64,000 nucleotides of DNA. Origin: an uncultured Candidatus Saccharibacteria bacterium. GTDB taxonomy: Bacteria > Patescibacteriota > Minisyncoccia > Phycocordibacterales > CAIZLB01. The notes under the pieces were generated by a model, which had not been told where the DNA came from, searched no databases, and saw only the letters and a list, made by a program, of their open reading frames with translations. Position 1 is the first letter of the stretch; the number at the start of each line of letters is the position of its first letter. The translations under genes and the position numbers were made by a program. Location of the stretch: assembly GCA_964467385.1 (NCBI GenBank), contig CAYXQC010000001.1, positions 71,896 to 135,895 on the forward strand. Reading direction: 5' to 3'. Shown piece after piece: positions 56,466 to 64,000 of the stretch.

Positions 56466-59400
56466 ATGAAAACTGGCTCAAAAAGTTCTCAAAAATCAGC
56501 TCCAAGTTCAACATCCGCGCACACAACGGGTGACGCTTCAAAATTGCAATTCCAAACACGCTATAAAAAGCTAAATTCGGCCCAGAAACAGGCCGTAGAC
56601 ACCATAGATGGTCCACTTCTTGTAGTTGCGGGTCCAGGCTCAGGAAAGACCGAAATTTTGAGCCTCAGAGTGGCTCGTATTCTCCAGGAAACTCAAGCTT
56701 TGCCGTCTAACATTTTGTGCCTTACTTTTACCGATTCTGCCTCAGTGAACATGCGAGATCGACTGTCTAGGCTCATCGGTCAAGAAGCGTATAGGGTAGC
56801 TATTCATACTTTCCACTCATTTGCAGTTGATATTATCCAAAAGTACCCTGAGTTCTTTTATAAGGGTGCGATTTTTACGCCAGTTGATCCAGTTACAAAG
56901 ATTGGTATCTTGCAGGAAATTTTTGAAGCACTGCCACATGCAAATCCACTCTCGGCATCACATCCAGAGCAGGGTTTTGTGTATTTGACTGATATTTCAC
57001 AGCTCATTGGAAATCTAAAAAAAGCCGGTATCTCTGAAGATGAATTTGAACAGATACTTTCGCAAAATGAAAGTGATGCAAAATTTGTAAATGAGACTTT
57101 GTCGCCGATTGTTGAAAAGAGATTGAGTGATGCAGTTGTTGCTGAACTCGAACAGGCGCGTCTAGAAATCCTCAAAAAAGATGTCGAGCAAAATGCCGCA
57201 CAGAATGCACACAAAACGGCGCGAAAAAATTCAGAACAGAATGAGGAAAACCTTGCGCAGACAACCGGTATACCATCGTTGTTAAAAACGATTGCACTTA
57301 ATCTTGAGGAAGCTTTGATTCGGCGTGCTGAACTCGAAAAAAATGAACCAATTTCAAAATGGAAAGAAAAATGGTTTAAGAAAGATGATTATAACCAAAA
57401 AGTCTTTCGTGATATATTGTCGCAGGAAAAATTGCGGGCTGCAGCACAGATTTATAGAGAATATCGACGCATTATGCATGAGCGATGTTTGTTTGACTTT
57501 GATGACATGATTCTTGATTTGATTTCGGCTATCGAACATAATCCGCGATTGAAGTACGACTTGCAGGAACAATATCAATATATTTTAGTGGATGAATTTC
57601 AAGATACAAACAGTGCACAAATGCGAATTGTAAAAGCGGTGGCTGATTCTCCGGTCAACGAAGGTCGACCGAACATTATGGTAGTAGGTGATGATGATCA
57701 GGCGGTTTACAAATTCCAGGGTGCTGAACTTTCAAATATTCTCAATTTTAAAACTATTTTTAATGATGTTGCTACTGTAAATATGACTGAGAATTATCGT
57801 TCGACTCAGGATATTCTTGATATTGCTATGCATGTGATTAAAAAGGGGGAACGTCGTCTGGAAAATCTTGTTCCAGAGCTACGAAAAACGCTTATTTCCT
57901 CAAATCCGGAAATCAAGAACGGATCAATTTTTCATAAAGTTTTTGATACAAGTCTTCATGAATTTCACTATATATCAAGGCGAATCAAGGCACTTATCGA
58001 GTCTGGTATAAAACCGTCGGAAATTGCTGTGATTGCAAGAAAGCACCGTCAGCTCGAATCTCTGGTACCGTTTCTTCAGGGCGCTGGCGTTCCTATCAAA
58101 TATGAGCGTGAGCAAAATGTTCTCGAACAGCCTCATATTGTGCAACTCATCACTATGGCTCGTTTTGTCTATTCTTTGGTCAATAAAAACATGATCGAAG
58201 GTGATGAATATTTACCAAAGATTCTAGCCTTTCCATTTTGGCAATTACCGCGGATGACTGTCTGGAACATTTCACGAAGTGCGTATAAAGAACGGAAGAC
58301 ATGGCTCGAATGCATGCTCGAAAATCCTGATACAAAAGCTATTGCAGAATTTTTCATAGACCTTGGTGAGCGTGCGACACATGAGCCACTTGAAAGTATT
58401 TTGGATAGTATCATTGGCGCACATGTGCAGTTGGTACAAGAATCTGAAGATGAAGAAATTGGTGATTCAGATTCTGCAGAAAATGGTGACGTCGAAAATC
58501 GCGATGCAAAAAATATTGATGCAAAAAAAATCGACCTAACAAATTCGAGCGAAAAATTCTCAAGTCCATTCAAGTCATATTATTTCAGTAAAAAAAGATT
58601 TCAACATGCACGTGCGGAATACCTCTCATTTTTGTCGAGTCTTCGAGTGTTTGTAAGAGCGCTTCGTGAATATAAAGGCAAGAGTGGCGCACGAGAGTAT
58701 TTGTATATAAGCGATTTAGTGGATTTTGTAGATATTCATGAAAAAAATAATATTGCCCTGAATGACATGAGTCCGTTTGCGAATGCAACTGATGCGGTAA
58801 ATCTTTTGTCGGCACATAAAGCTAAAGGACTCGAGTTCGATACGGTTTTTGTATTGTCATGTACTGATGAAATCTGGTCCGGCCGAGCACTTCCTCGAAA
58901 AATAGTTCTACCGGCAAATCTTCAAATCGAACCGGCAGGCGATACAGAAGATGATCAACTTCGACTCTTCTATGTTGCACTCACTCGTGCAAAGCGAAAT
59001 CTGTATCTCACTTCGTATACCTCAAAAGATGATGGTAAAGAATCTGCACGACTTCGATTTTTGACTACAGATACGACTGAAATGACAGGCTCTGATCAGA
59101 AACTTGAAAGTGATATTTTGCGTAAGCTATATGATCCTGAAAAAGGTGATGAGGAAACATTCGCATCATCTTACACACCAGAGACGCACGAGCTTTTGAC
59201 AGCTTCTTGGACCAAATACTATATGCCACCATTTCTCGGCGAAGAAGAATCACTCCTCAAATCTCTCCTTGAAAATTATCAACTTTCTGTGACGCATCTC
59301 AATAACTATCTAAATGTTGCAAAGGAGAGAGGTGGGCCGCAGCTTTTCCTTGAGCAAAATCTTTTGCGTTTTCCTCAGGCGAAGACTCCGTCTGGTGCAT

Positions 59401-60119
59401 TTGGTTCTGCTATACACAAAACACTGGAGCGTGTTTCTATAAAACTTCGACATGATGGCGTGCGTGCAGAAAAAGAAGAGATGCTTAAGTGGTTCGGCGA
59501 GTATCTCGATCATGAGCGTTTGGCTCCACAGGATTTTAAACAGTACAGTGAACGAGGCCGACAGGCTCTGGCTGCTTTTTATGATCAAAAAATAGGGGAG
59601 TTTGAGGTAACTGATATGGTTGAAGTGAATTTTAAGGAGCAGGGAGTGCTTATTGATGATGCAAACTTGGCACATGGCATGAGCGGCGCTCATGTACCAG
59701 CGCATATCACTGGTAAAATCGACCGGATCATTCAAGTTGGTGGTGGGCGAATTGTGGTGTGTGATTTTAAAACAGGCAAACCTAAAAAAGAGTGGGTACC
59801 AAAAAATGAGTACGAAAAAATTAAACTCTATGAATATGAGCGGCAACTTTTGTTTTACAAAATCTTGATTGATAATTCTCGTGATTATAAAAATAAATAC
59901 ACAGTTGAATCCGGCAAATTGATGTTTGTTGAACCGACTGCCGATGGACGAATCGCTGAACTACATCTCGATTTTGATCAAGAAAAACTCGATCGTGTAA
60001 AAAAACTAATCTCAATTGTCTATCAAAAAATTATGAATTTAGATTTTCCTGATACGAGTGCGTATAAAAATGAAAGTCTGGCAGATATTCTGGCTTTCGA
60101 GGATTCACTTTTGGGGTAA
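56466..60119 (+). CDS. UvrD/PcrA-family helicase fused to a C-terminal RecB-like PD-(D/E)XK nuclease (AdnB/AddA-like)
   Basis: AGPGSGKT, LVDEFQD, VGDDDQ, ENYRS, HKAKGLEF, FYVALTRAK, then GKIDRI...DFKTG...QLLFY. Confidence 0.92.
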   Translation: MKTGSKSSQKSAPSSTSAHTTGDASKLQFQTRYKKLNSAQKQAVDTIDGPLLVVAGPGSGKTEILSLRVARILQETQALPSNILCLTFTDSASVNMRDRLSRLIGQEAYRVAIHTFHSFAVDIIQKYPEFFYKGAIFTPVDPVTKIGILQEIFEALPHANPLSASHPEQGFVYLTDISQLIGNLKKAGISEDEFEQILSQNESDAKFVNETLSPIVEKRLSDAVVAELEQARLEILKKDVEQNAAQNAHKTARKNSEQNEENLAQTTGIPSLLKTIALNLEEALIRRAELEKNEPISKWKEKWFKKDDYNQKVFRDILSQEKLRAAAQIYREYRRIMHERCLFDFDDMILDLISAIEHNPRLKYDLQEQYQYILVDEFQDTNSAQMRIVKAVADSPVNEGRPNIMVVGDDDQAVYKFQGAELSNILNFKTIFNDVATVNMTENYRSTQDILDIAMHVIKKGERRLENLVPELRKTLISSNPEIKNGSIFHKVFDTSLHEFHYISRRIKALIESGIKPSEIAVIARKHRQLESLVPFLQGAGVPIKYEREQNVLEQPHIVQLITMARFVYSLVNKNMIEGDEYLPKILAFPFWQLPRMTVWNISRSAYKERKTWLECMLENPDTKAIAEFFIDLGERATHEPLESILDSIIGAHVQLVQESEDEEIGDSDSAENGDVENRDAKNIDAKKIDLTNSSEKFSSPFKSYYFSKKRFQHARAEYLSFLSSLRVFVRALREYKGKSGAREYLYISDLVDFVDIHEKNNIALNDMSPFANATDAVNLLSAHKAKGLEFDTVFVLSCTDEIWSGRALPRKIVLPANLQIEPAGDTEDDQLRLFYVALTRAKRNLYLTSYTSKDDGKESARLRFLTTDTTEMTGSDQKLESDILRKLYDPEKGDEETFASSYTPETHELLTASWTKYYMPPFLGEEESLLKSLLENYQLSVTHLNNYLNVAKERGGPQLFLEQNLLRFPQAKTPSGAFGSAIHKTLERVSIKLRHDGVRAEKEEMLKWFGEYLDHERLAPQDFKQYSERGRQALAAFYDQKIGEFEVTDMVEVNFKEQGVLIDDANLAHGMSGAHVPAHITGKIDRIIQVGGGRIVVCDFKTGKPKKEWVPKNEYEKIKLYEYERQLLFYKILIDNSRDYKNKYTVESGKLMFVEPTADGRIAELHLDFDQEKLDRVKKLISIVYQKIMNLDFPDTSAYKNESLADILAFEDSLLG

Positions 60120-60363
60120 TTAGGGTTTATTTTTCTGCGTGACCTCTTTGTTTTTTTGGCTGTGTATGTTGTTGTATTTACCTTTACAGCGAGTGATTTT
60201 TAACTTTCAAAGACGCTCTAAAATACCTCGCTAAAACACATTTACCATATCCTTGCAGCTAACTTAAAAATCTGTACTATATTTCCAAATAGATCATTTA
60301 CTTAAGAATAGACATATAACACAGAAACTAAAAAAGACAAACAAAATAGAAAGGGTTTGGACA

Positions 60364-62085
60364 ATGAAAGAAGAAACCAGTAATCATGCAGTTGAAAAAC
60401 TACGAAAGATTTTCGTGCTTGGAAAATTCACCAATGGTCACGACGCTGCGATTGAATTCATTAAACGCAATGGTTGGATGATCGATGAATGTGAGATTAT
60501 CTTTTGTGGATCGCACGAACAAGTGCTCAAATGTTTGGTTGGCAATCAGTCCTATGCTGTTTTGCCAATCAAAAATCCAACCGGTGGAGAGGTAAAAGAG
60601 GTCGTCAGTCGGTTGCATGCATTTCGCGAAAAAGGCTACAGGCTCGATGAGATTGATCGGTTTGATCACCAAGTAAAGCATTGCCTCGTCGTTAAGATGA
60701 GTGTTGCAGACATTGGTGTAATCAGAACGGTTAAATCACACGAGCAAGCCTTGAAACAGTGCCACAGATTTCTGTCGGCAGTAGAGATTCAGGAAAATGA
60801 GCGTATCTCAGATGGTATTCATTCTACAGCTGATGCTGCGAGAATTGTTGCTGAAAGCGAAGATTCGACTGTTGCTGCTATTGCCTCAGAGCATGCGGCA
60901 ACAGGCTTCGGACTCAAAATCCTTAAAAAAGATATTGGCCCGGAGGGTAATAAGACAACCTTCATTCTTGTTGAAAATAAGGCAGAGGTTGGTTGTCCGA
61001 AAGTTGGCATTATTGGTATCAAAGGAAAATCAGGAGCGATGCTCGCCGAATTCTATTGCTCCATTGGATGTGTAGTCTTCGGTTCAGATATTCGTGATCC
61101 TGGCGGAATGACCAATGAGGAGGTGGTTTCGCAAGCTGATGTGGTGGTCATTTCAGTGCTACCAATCAATTCAGTGCCGGAGGTTGTCCAAAAATTGCTT
61201 CCGTACATTCGAAGTGATCAGCTTCTGGTAGATATTTCATCTGACAAAAGTGTAGCAATCAATGCGATGCTTGAAAGTAAAGCAGATGTGGTAGGGCTCC
61301 ATTTTATGTTCAGACCTGGAGTGCCAATGATGGGGCAAACAATTGTGTATTGTCCTGTTCGTTTCGGTGATCCGAAATGGCGTTTTTGGGTTTTAAACAC
61401 CTTGACCCTGACCGGTGCGAAAATCGTCGAATCAACGTTTGAGGAGCATGATTTGCATATGCGGCCAATCCAAAAAGGTCCGCACATTCAAACCTTGGTT
61501 TCAGTCTTGCAACTTTTGCATTCACAGCTTCTACCGGAACGGGTGGTGGATTTTACAAGTCCATTCTATCGCTTGGTCTATGCTTTGATGGGAAGGTTTC
61601 TCTATGGTGGAGGAGATGTTTACGCGTCGATTATTGCGAGTGGAAAAGAAACTGCAGCAATGCTTCGTGAGCGAATCAATATTGAGGAGATGCTTATTGG
61701 TCTGATTGAGAATGAGGACGTAACAGGCATGGCCGAGATTATCCACGAAGCAAAAGCACAGTTCGGTGACAAATCAATCACTGATGCTAACGAGCTCTTT
61801 GAAAGATTACTCGAGGTATTCGGTGTTCTATATGGGAAGAGTTCGCTCACTCTAGAATTCGACAAAGTCGACGATGAGCCAGGACTCCTTGTGAGAGTAC
61901 TCTCGGTTTTTAGTCGGCATGAAGTTAATTTGACGAGTGTTCATTCGTTTCCAGCCAATGGCAAATCGATACGATTCGTAATTGCCACTCCGCACGAAAG
62001 GTATTCGTTGCCGATCCAGACAGTACTCGAGGAGATCGACAGTTGGCCTGAGCACAAGCTCAGGGTTGTGGAATCTGTGTGGTAG
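60364..62085 (+). CDS. Prephenate dehydratase - prephenate dehydrogenase - ACT fusion protein (divergent)
   Basis: PDT motifs SHEQALKQC, STADAA, AAIAS, N-K-T-T-F. TyrA motifs GIIGIKGKSG, ADVVVISV, DISSDK, GLHFMF, EEHD. PheA-type ACT DEPGLLVRVLSVFSRHEVNLT. Confidence 0.8.
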   Translation: MKEETSNHAVEKLRKIFVLGKFTNGHDAAIEFIKRNGWMIDECEIIFCGSHEQVLKCLVGNQSYAVLPIKNPTGGEVKEVVSRLHAFREKGYRLDEIDRFDHQVKHCLVVKMSVADIGVIRTVKSHEQALKQCHRFLSAVEIQENERISDGIHSTADAARIVAESEDSTVAAIASEHAATGFGLKILKKDIGPEGNKTTFILVENKAEVGCPKVGIIGIKGKSGAMLAEFYCSIGCVVFGSDIRDPGGMTNEEVVSQADVVVISVLPINSVPEVVQKLLPYIRSDQLLVDISSDKSVAINAMLESKADVVGLHFMFRPGVPMMGQTIVYCPVRFGDPKWRFWVLNTLTLTGAKIVESTFEEHDLHMRPIQKGPHIQTLVSVLQLLHSQLLPERVVDFTSPFYRLVYALMGRFLYGGGDVYASIIASGKETAAMLRERINIEEMLIGLIENEDVTGMAEIIHEAKAQFGDKSITDANELFERLLEVFGVLYGKSSLTLEFDKVDDEPGLLVRVLSVFSRHEVNLTSVHSFPANGKSIRFVIATPHERYSLPIQTVLEEIDSWPEHKLRVVESVW

Positions 62086-62143
62086 TTCCGCAGATGATCG
62101 GCGTTAGCCTCCTATGCATGGATGTCTAGCAAACAGCCAAACC

Positions 62144-62180
62144 AAAAGCCCGGCCGGAATCATTTCCAGTCGGGCTTTTT
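62144..62180. terminator. Bidirectional terminator
   Basis: AAAAGCCCGGCCGGAA...TTCCAGTCGGGCTTTT between convergent genes. Confidence 0.75.
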
Positions 62181-62271
62181 AAATTGCTATATTTGGAGCA
62201 AAGTACGCATATAACTTGTTGCACACTTATGCTGAAATTTTCTTAAAAATTATCTAAAGATTGCTTCAAAT

Positions 62272-63009
62272 TTATTTCAAGAAACTATCAACAATTGCTT
62301 TAAGTGAAGTGTAAGGGAGAGCGCCGAGACCTTGACCATTATCATCTACAAGAGGAATCGTTTCAGTCTTTGAACCTTTCTTTACGATAAGGACTGTATA
62401 CGGAGTACCTCGTGCACCAGCCTTAAGTCCAGCATTTTTTGCTTCACTTATTTTAGCAGCATATTTTCCACTATCGAGACATTTTGTGAATGCAGCTTTA
62501 TCAAGACCAGCTTTTGGAGCAAGAGTATAAAGCATTGCAGGATCAAGACTATCATTTGAGGTTGTTGTCTCGTAAATCAAACCGATGTAATCCCAAAATA
62601 CTTTGTTACCACCGAGTTCAGCTGCACATTCAGTTGCTTCAGCTTCTTTTGGAGCTTTTTTGTGGAAATCGAGAGGGAAGTGTCGGTATACCCAAGCTAC
62701 TTTTCCAGATGCACCGTATTCAGCAAAGATTTGCTTGAGAGTGTTATGGAATCGTTTACAGAATGGACACTCGGTATCAGAATAATCAATGATTGTAACT
62801 TGCGCATCTTTGCTTCCAAGAAGATGGTCAGCGGAAGTAATAGGTGCAACTTCAGTCTGTGGAGCGTTTGCGTTCTTTGCGATGTCTGCTACATTTCCAG
62901 CAGTTTTTGTGCCAGCAGGATTCGTATTTGTATAATAAATTGCTAGGGCAATAAGTCCTCCTGCTACAATGATTGCAAATGGAACGGCAAGTTTTTGAAT
63001 AATTTTCAT
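62272..63009 (-). CDS. Second DsbA-like oxidoreductase (membrane-anchored)
   Basis: DYSDTECPFCKRFH, WVYRHFPL, AEATECA and GARGTP. Confidence 0.9.
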   Translation of the reverse strand: MKIIQKLAVPFAIIVAGGLIALAIYYTNTNPAGTKTAGNVADIAKNANAPQTEVAPITSADHLLGSKDAQVTIIDYSDTECPFCKRFHNTLKQIFAEYGASGKVAWVYRHFPLDFHKKAPKEAEATECAAELGGNKVFWDYIGLIYETTTSNDSLDPAMLYTLAPKAGLDKAAFTKCLDSGKYAAKISEAKNAGLKAGARGTPYTVLIVKKGSKTETIPLVDDNGQGLGALPYTSLKAIVDSFLK

Positions 63010-63117
63010 ATAAGTTGCGTGGTGTGGATTTCTTGTAAATCTAAATAAATTCTAATAATTCCGAATATGTCTTTGATTATAGCATAGGCATATGAGCCTT
63101 GGAGTGACTAAAACATC

Positions 63118-63705
63118 TTAAAAAGGCAGTGTAAAAGTCATCTTTGAAGCTTCGTCTACTTCATCCCAGCCAGCGGTATCGATATTGAATTCAACAATTT
63201 GCTGGCCATTTTTATAATCTTTAAACTTGAGCTTTTTATTTTCAAGAGCGTAGTCGTGAATGGCTTTTGTTACTTTTACATCATCGATACAATACTTGAT
63301 GATTTTTTCGATTTCACCTTTTTTCCACCATTCGACAGCTTCAAGACCGTTTCCGCTTTTACCCATACCCAAAGTTCCTTCAGCAATCACACCAAGACCA
63401 ACACGATAGCCGAGCGATTTTCGCACTTCTTTCAAAAGATCAAGACTCTTTTTCTGCATCAAATCCCCAGAATAGTATTTATTGAGAAGTGGAATATCAA
63501 AATGATCGCCATTAAAAGTCACAAGCATGTCCGCTTTTTCAACAATTGGCCAGAGTTTCGGTAAATCTTCTTGTAAGAAACTTTCATACTGTTCAGTAAA
63601 TGGATTGTAAATACATACTACTGAAATATCGAGAAGAGCAGGATCGGCACCTCCAACATCTTGAAAAAGATTTCGTGTTTCGATGTCAAAAAAAAGTTTC
63701 TTCAT
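63118..63705 (-). CDS. RNase H-like (RNase_H_2/YprB, DEDD-type) exonuclease domain protein
   Basis: FFDIET, VTFNGDHFDIPLL and KYCIDDVKVT. Confidence 0.85.
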   Translation of the reverse strand: MKKLFFDIETRNLFQDVGGADPALLDISVVCIYNPFTEQYESFLQEDLPKLWPIVEKADMLVTFNGDHFDIPLLNKYYSGDLMQKKSLDLLKEVRKSLGYRVGLGVIAEGTLGMGKSGNGLEAVEWWKKGEIEKIIKYCIDDVKVTKAIHDYALENKKLKFKDYKNGQQIVEFNIDTAGWDEVDEASKMTFTLPF

Positions 63706-63806
63706 GTTTTCTGTTAATTTAATTTATCTAATTGCGTTTTAATTGCGTGGATTTCCTTCGCAAACTTACTTTGCGATTTAAGTCTCTATTTTACCTATTC
63801 TACTTT

Positions 63807-63998
63807 CTATTTCAAATCTTTGATTGTGTATGACTTCGACTCTGCTTCATTTTCACCAATAACAATTACAGAAGAGATTGATTGCTTTTCAGCACTTTTG
63901 ATCTGATCTGGGATGGATTTTTTAGAATAATTTACAGAGACTTTCTTACCTTCATTTCGGAGTTTTTCCGCAACTTCATCGGCATACTGTGCTACTTG
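63807..63998 (-). CDS. hisS: Histidyl-tRNA synthetase C-terminal anticodon-binding domain (partial; gene starts beyond the window)
   Basis: Manual translation QVAQYADEVAEKLRNEGKKVSVNYSKKSIPDQIKSAEKQSISSVIVIGENEAESKSYTIKDLK* matches the HGTP anticodon-domain pattern. Confidence 0.72.
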   Translation of the reverse strand, partial: QVAQYADEVAEKLRNEGKKVSVNYSKKSIPDQIKSAEKQSISSVIVIGENEAESKSYTIKDLK

Positions 63999-64000
63999 GC

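Noticed and set aside
56466-60119. Helicase-nuclease fusion as a defence system
   Set aside because: The architecture matches AdnB/AddA-like repair enzymes, it has a core-type promoter, and no defence partners are adjacent.
1-64000. Genetic code 25 or 4 (TGA read-through), as in Gracilibacteria
   Set aside because: Core genes are full-length under code 11, Trp uses TGG, and TGA ends murJ and the toxin at expected positions.

Overview
This 64 kb window is an AT-rich bacterial chromosome segment using genetic code 11. Gene content and style (short RpoB, DnaE ending at the OB fold, Cys-rich surface proteins with a C-terminal peptidoglycan-binding domain, almost no metabolism) fit a Patescibacteria/CPR, Parcubacteria-like genome. 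Core genes include thrS, dnaE, rnhB, typA, lepA, khpA, trmD, rpoB-rpoC-dnaG-rpoD, a UvrD-nuclease fusion and a partial hisS. Envelope genes include murJ, mscL, an aquaporin, two DsbA, DsbB, a MacAB-like ABC system and large adhesin-like proteins. There is one RelBE-type toxin-antitoxin pair. RNA genes absent from the ORF track are an unusually long RNase P RNA (minus strand, about 8213-8729), tRNA-Arg(CCU) and tRNA-Phe(GAA). Several solitary orphan genes, most with their own promoter and terminator, sit between core genes. The most notable observations are: (1) a ~174-bp structured module after tRNA-Phe that duplicates the tRNA 3' end, folds as a tRNA mimic and begins a second copy with compensatory stem changes; (2) a prephenate dehydratase-prephenate dehydrogenase-ACT fusion with degenerate motifs; (3) a degenerate DnaE PHP site alongside many 12-15-bp tandem micro-duplications and in-frame insertions in core proteins; (4) pervasive near-leaderless genes; (5) CGA as the preferred Arg codon; (6) a perfect DnaA box inside the rpoB promoter; (7) several candidate structured ncRNAs. 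No CRISPR array, rRNA, integrase or transposase was seen.
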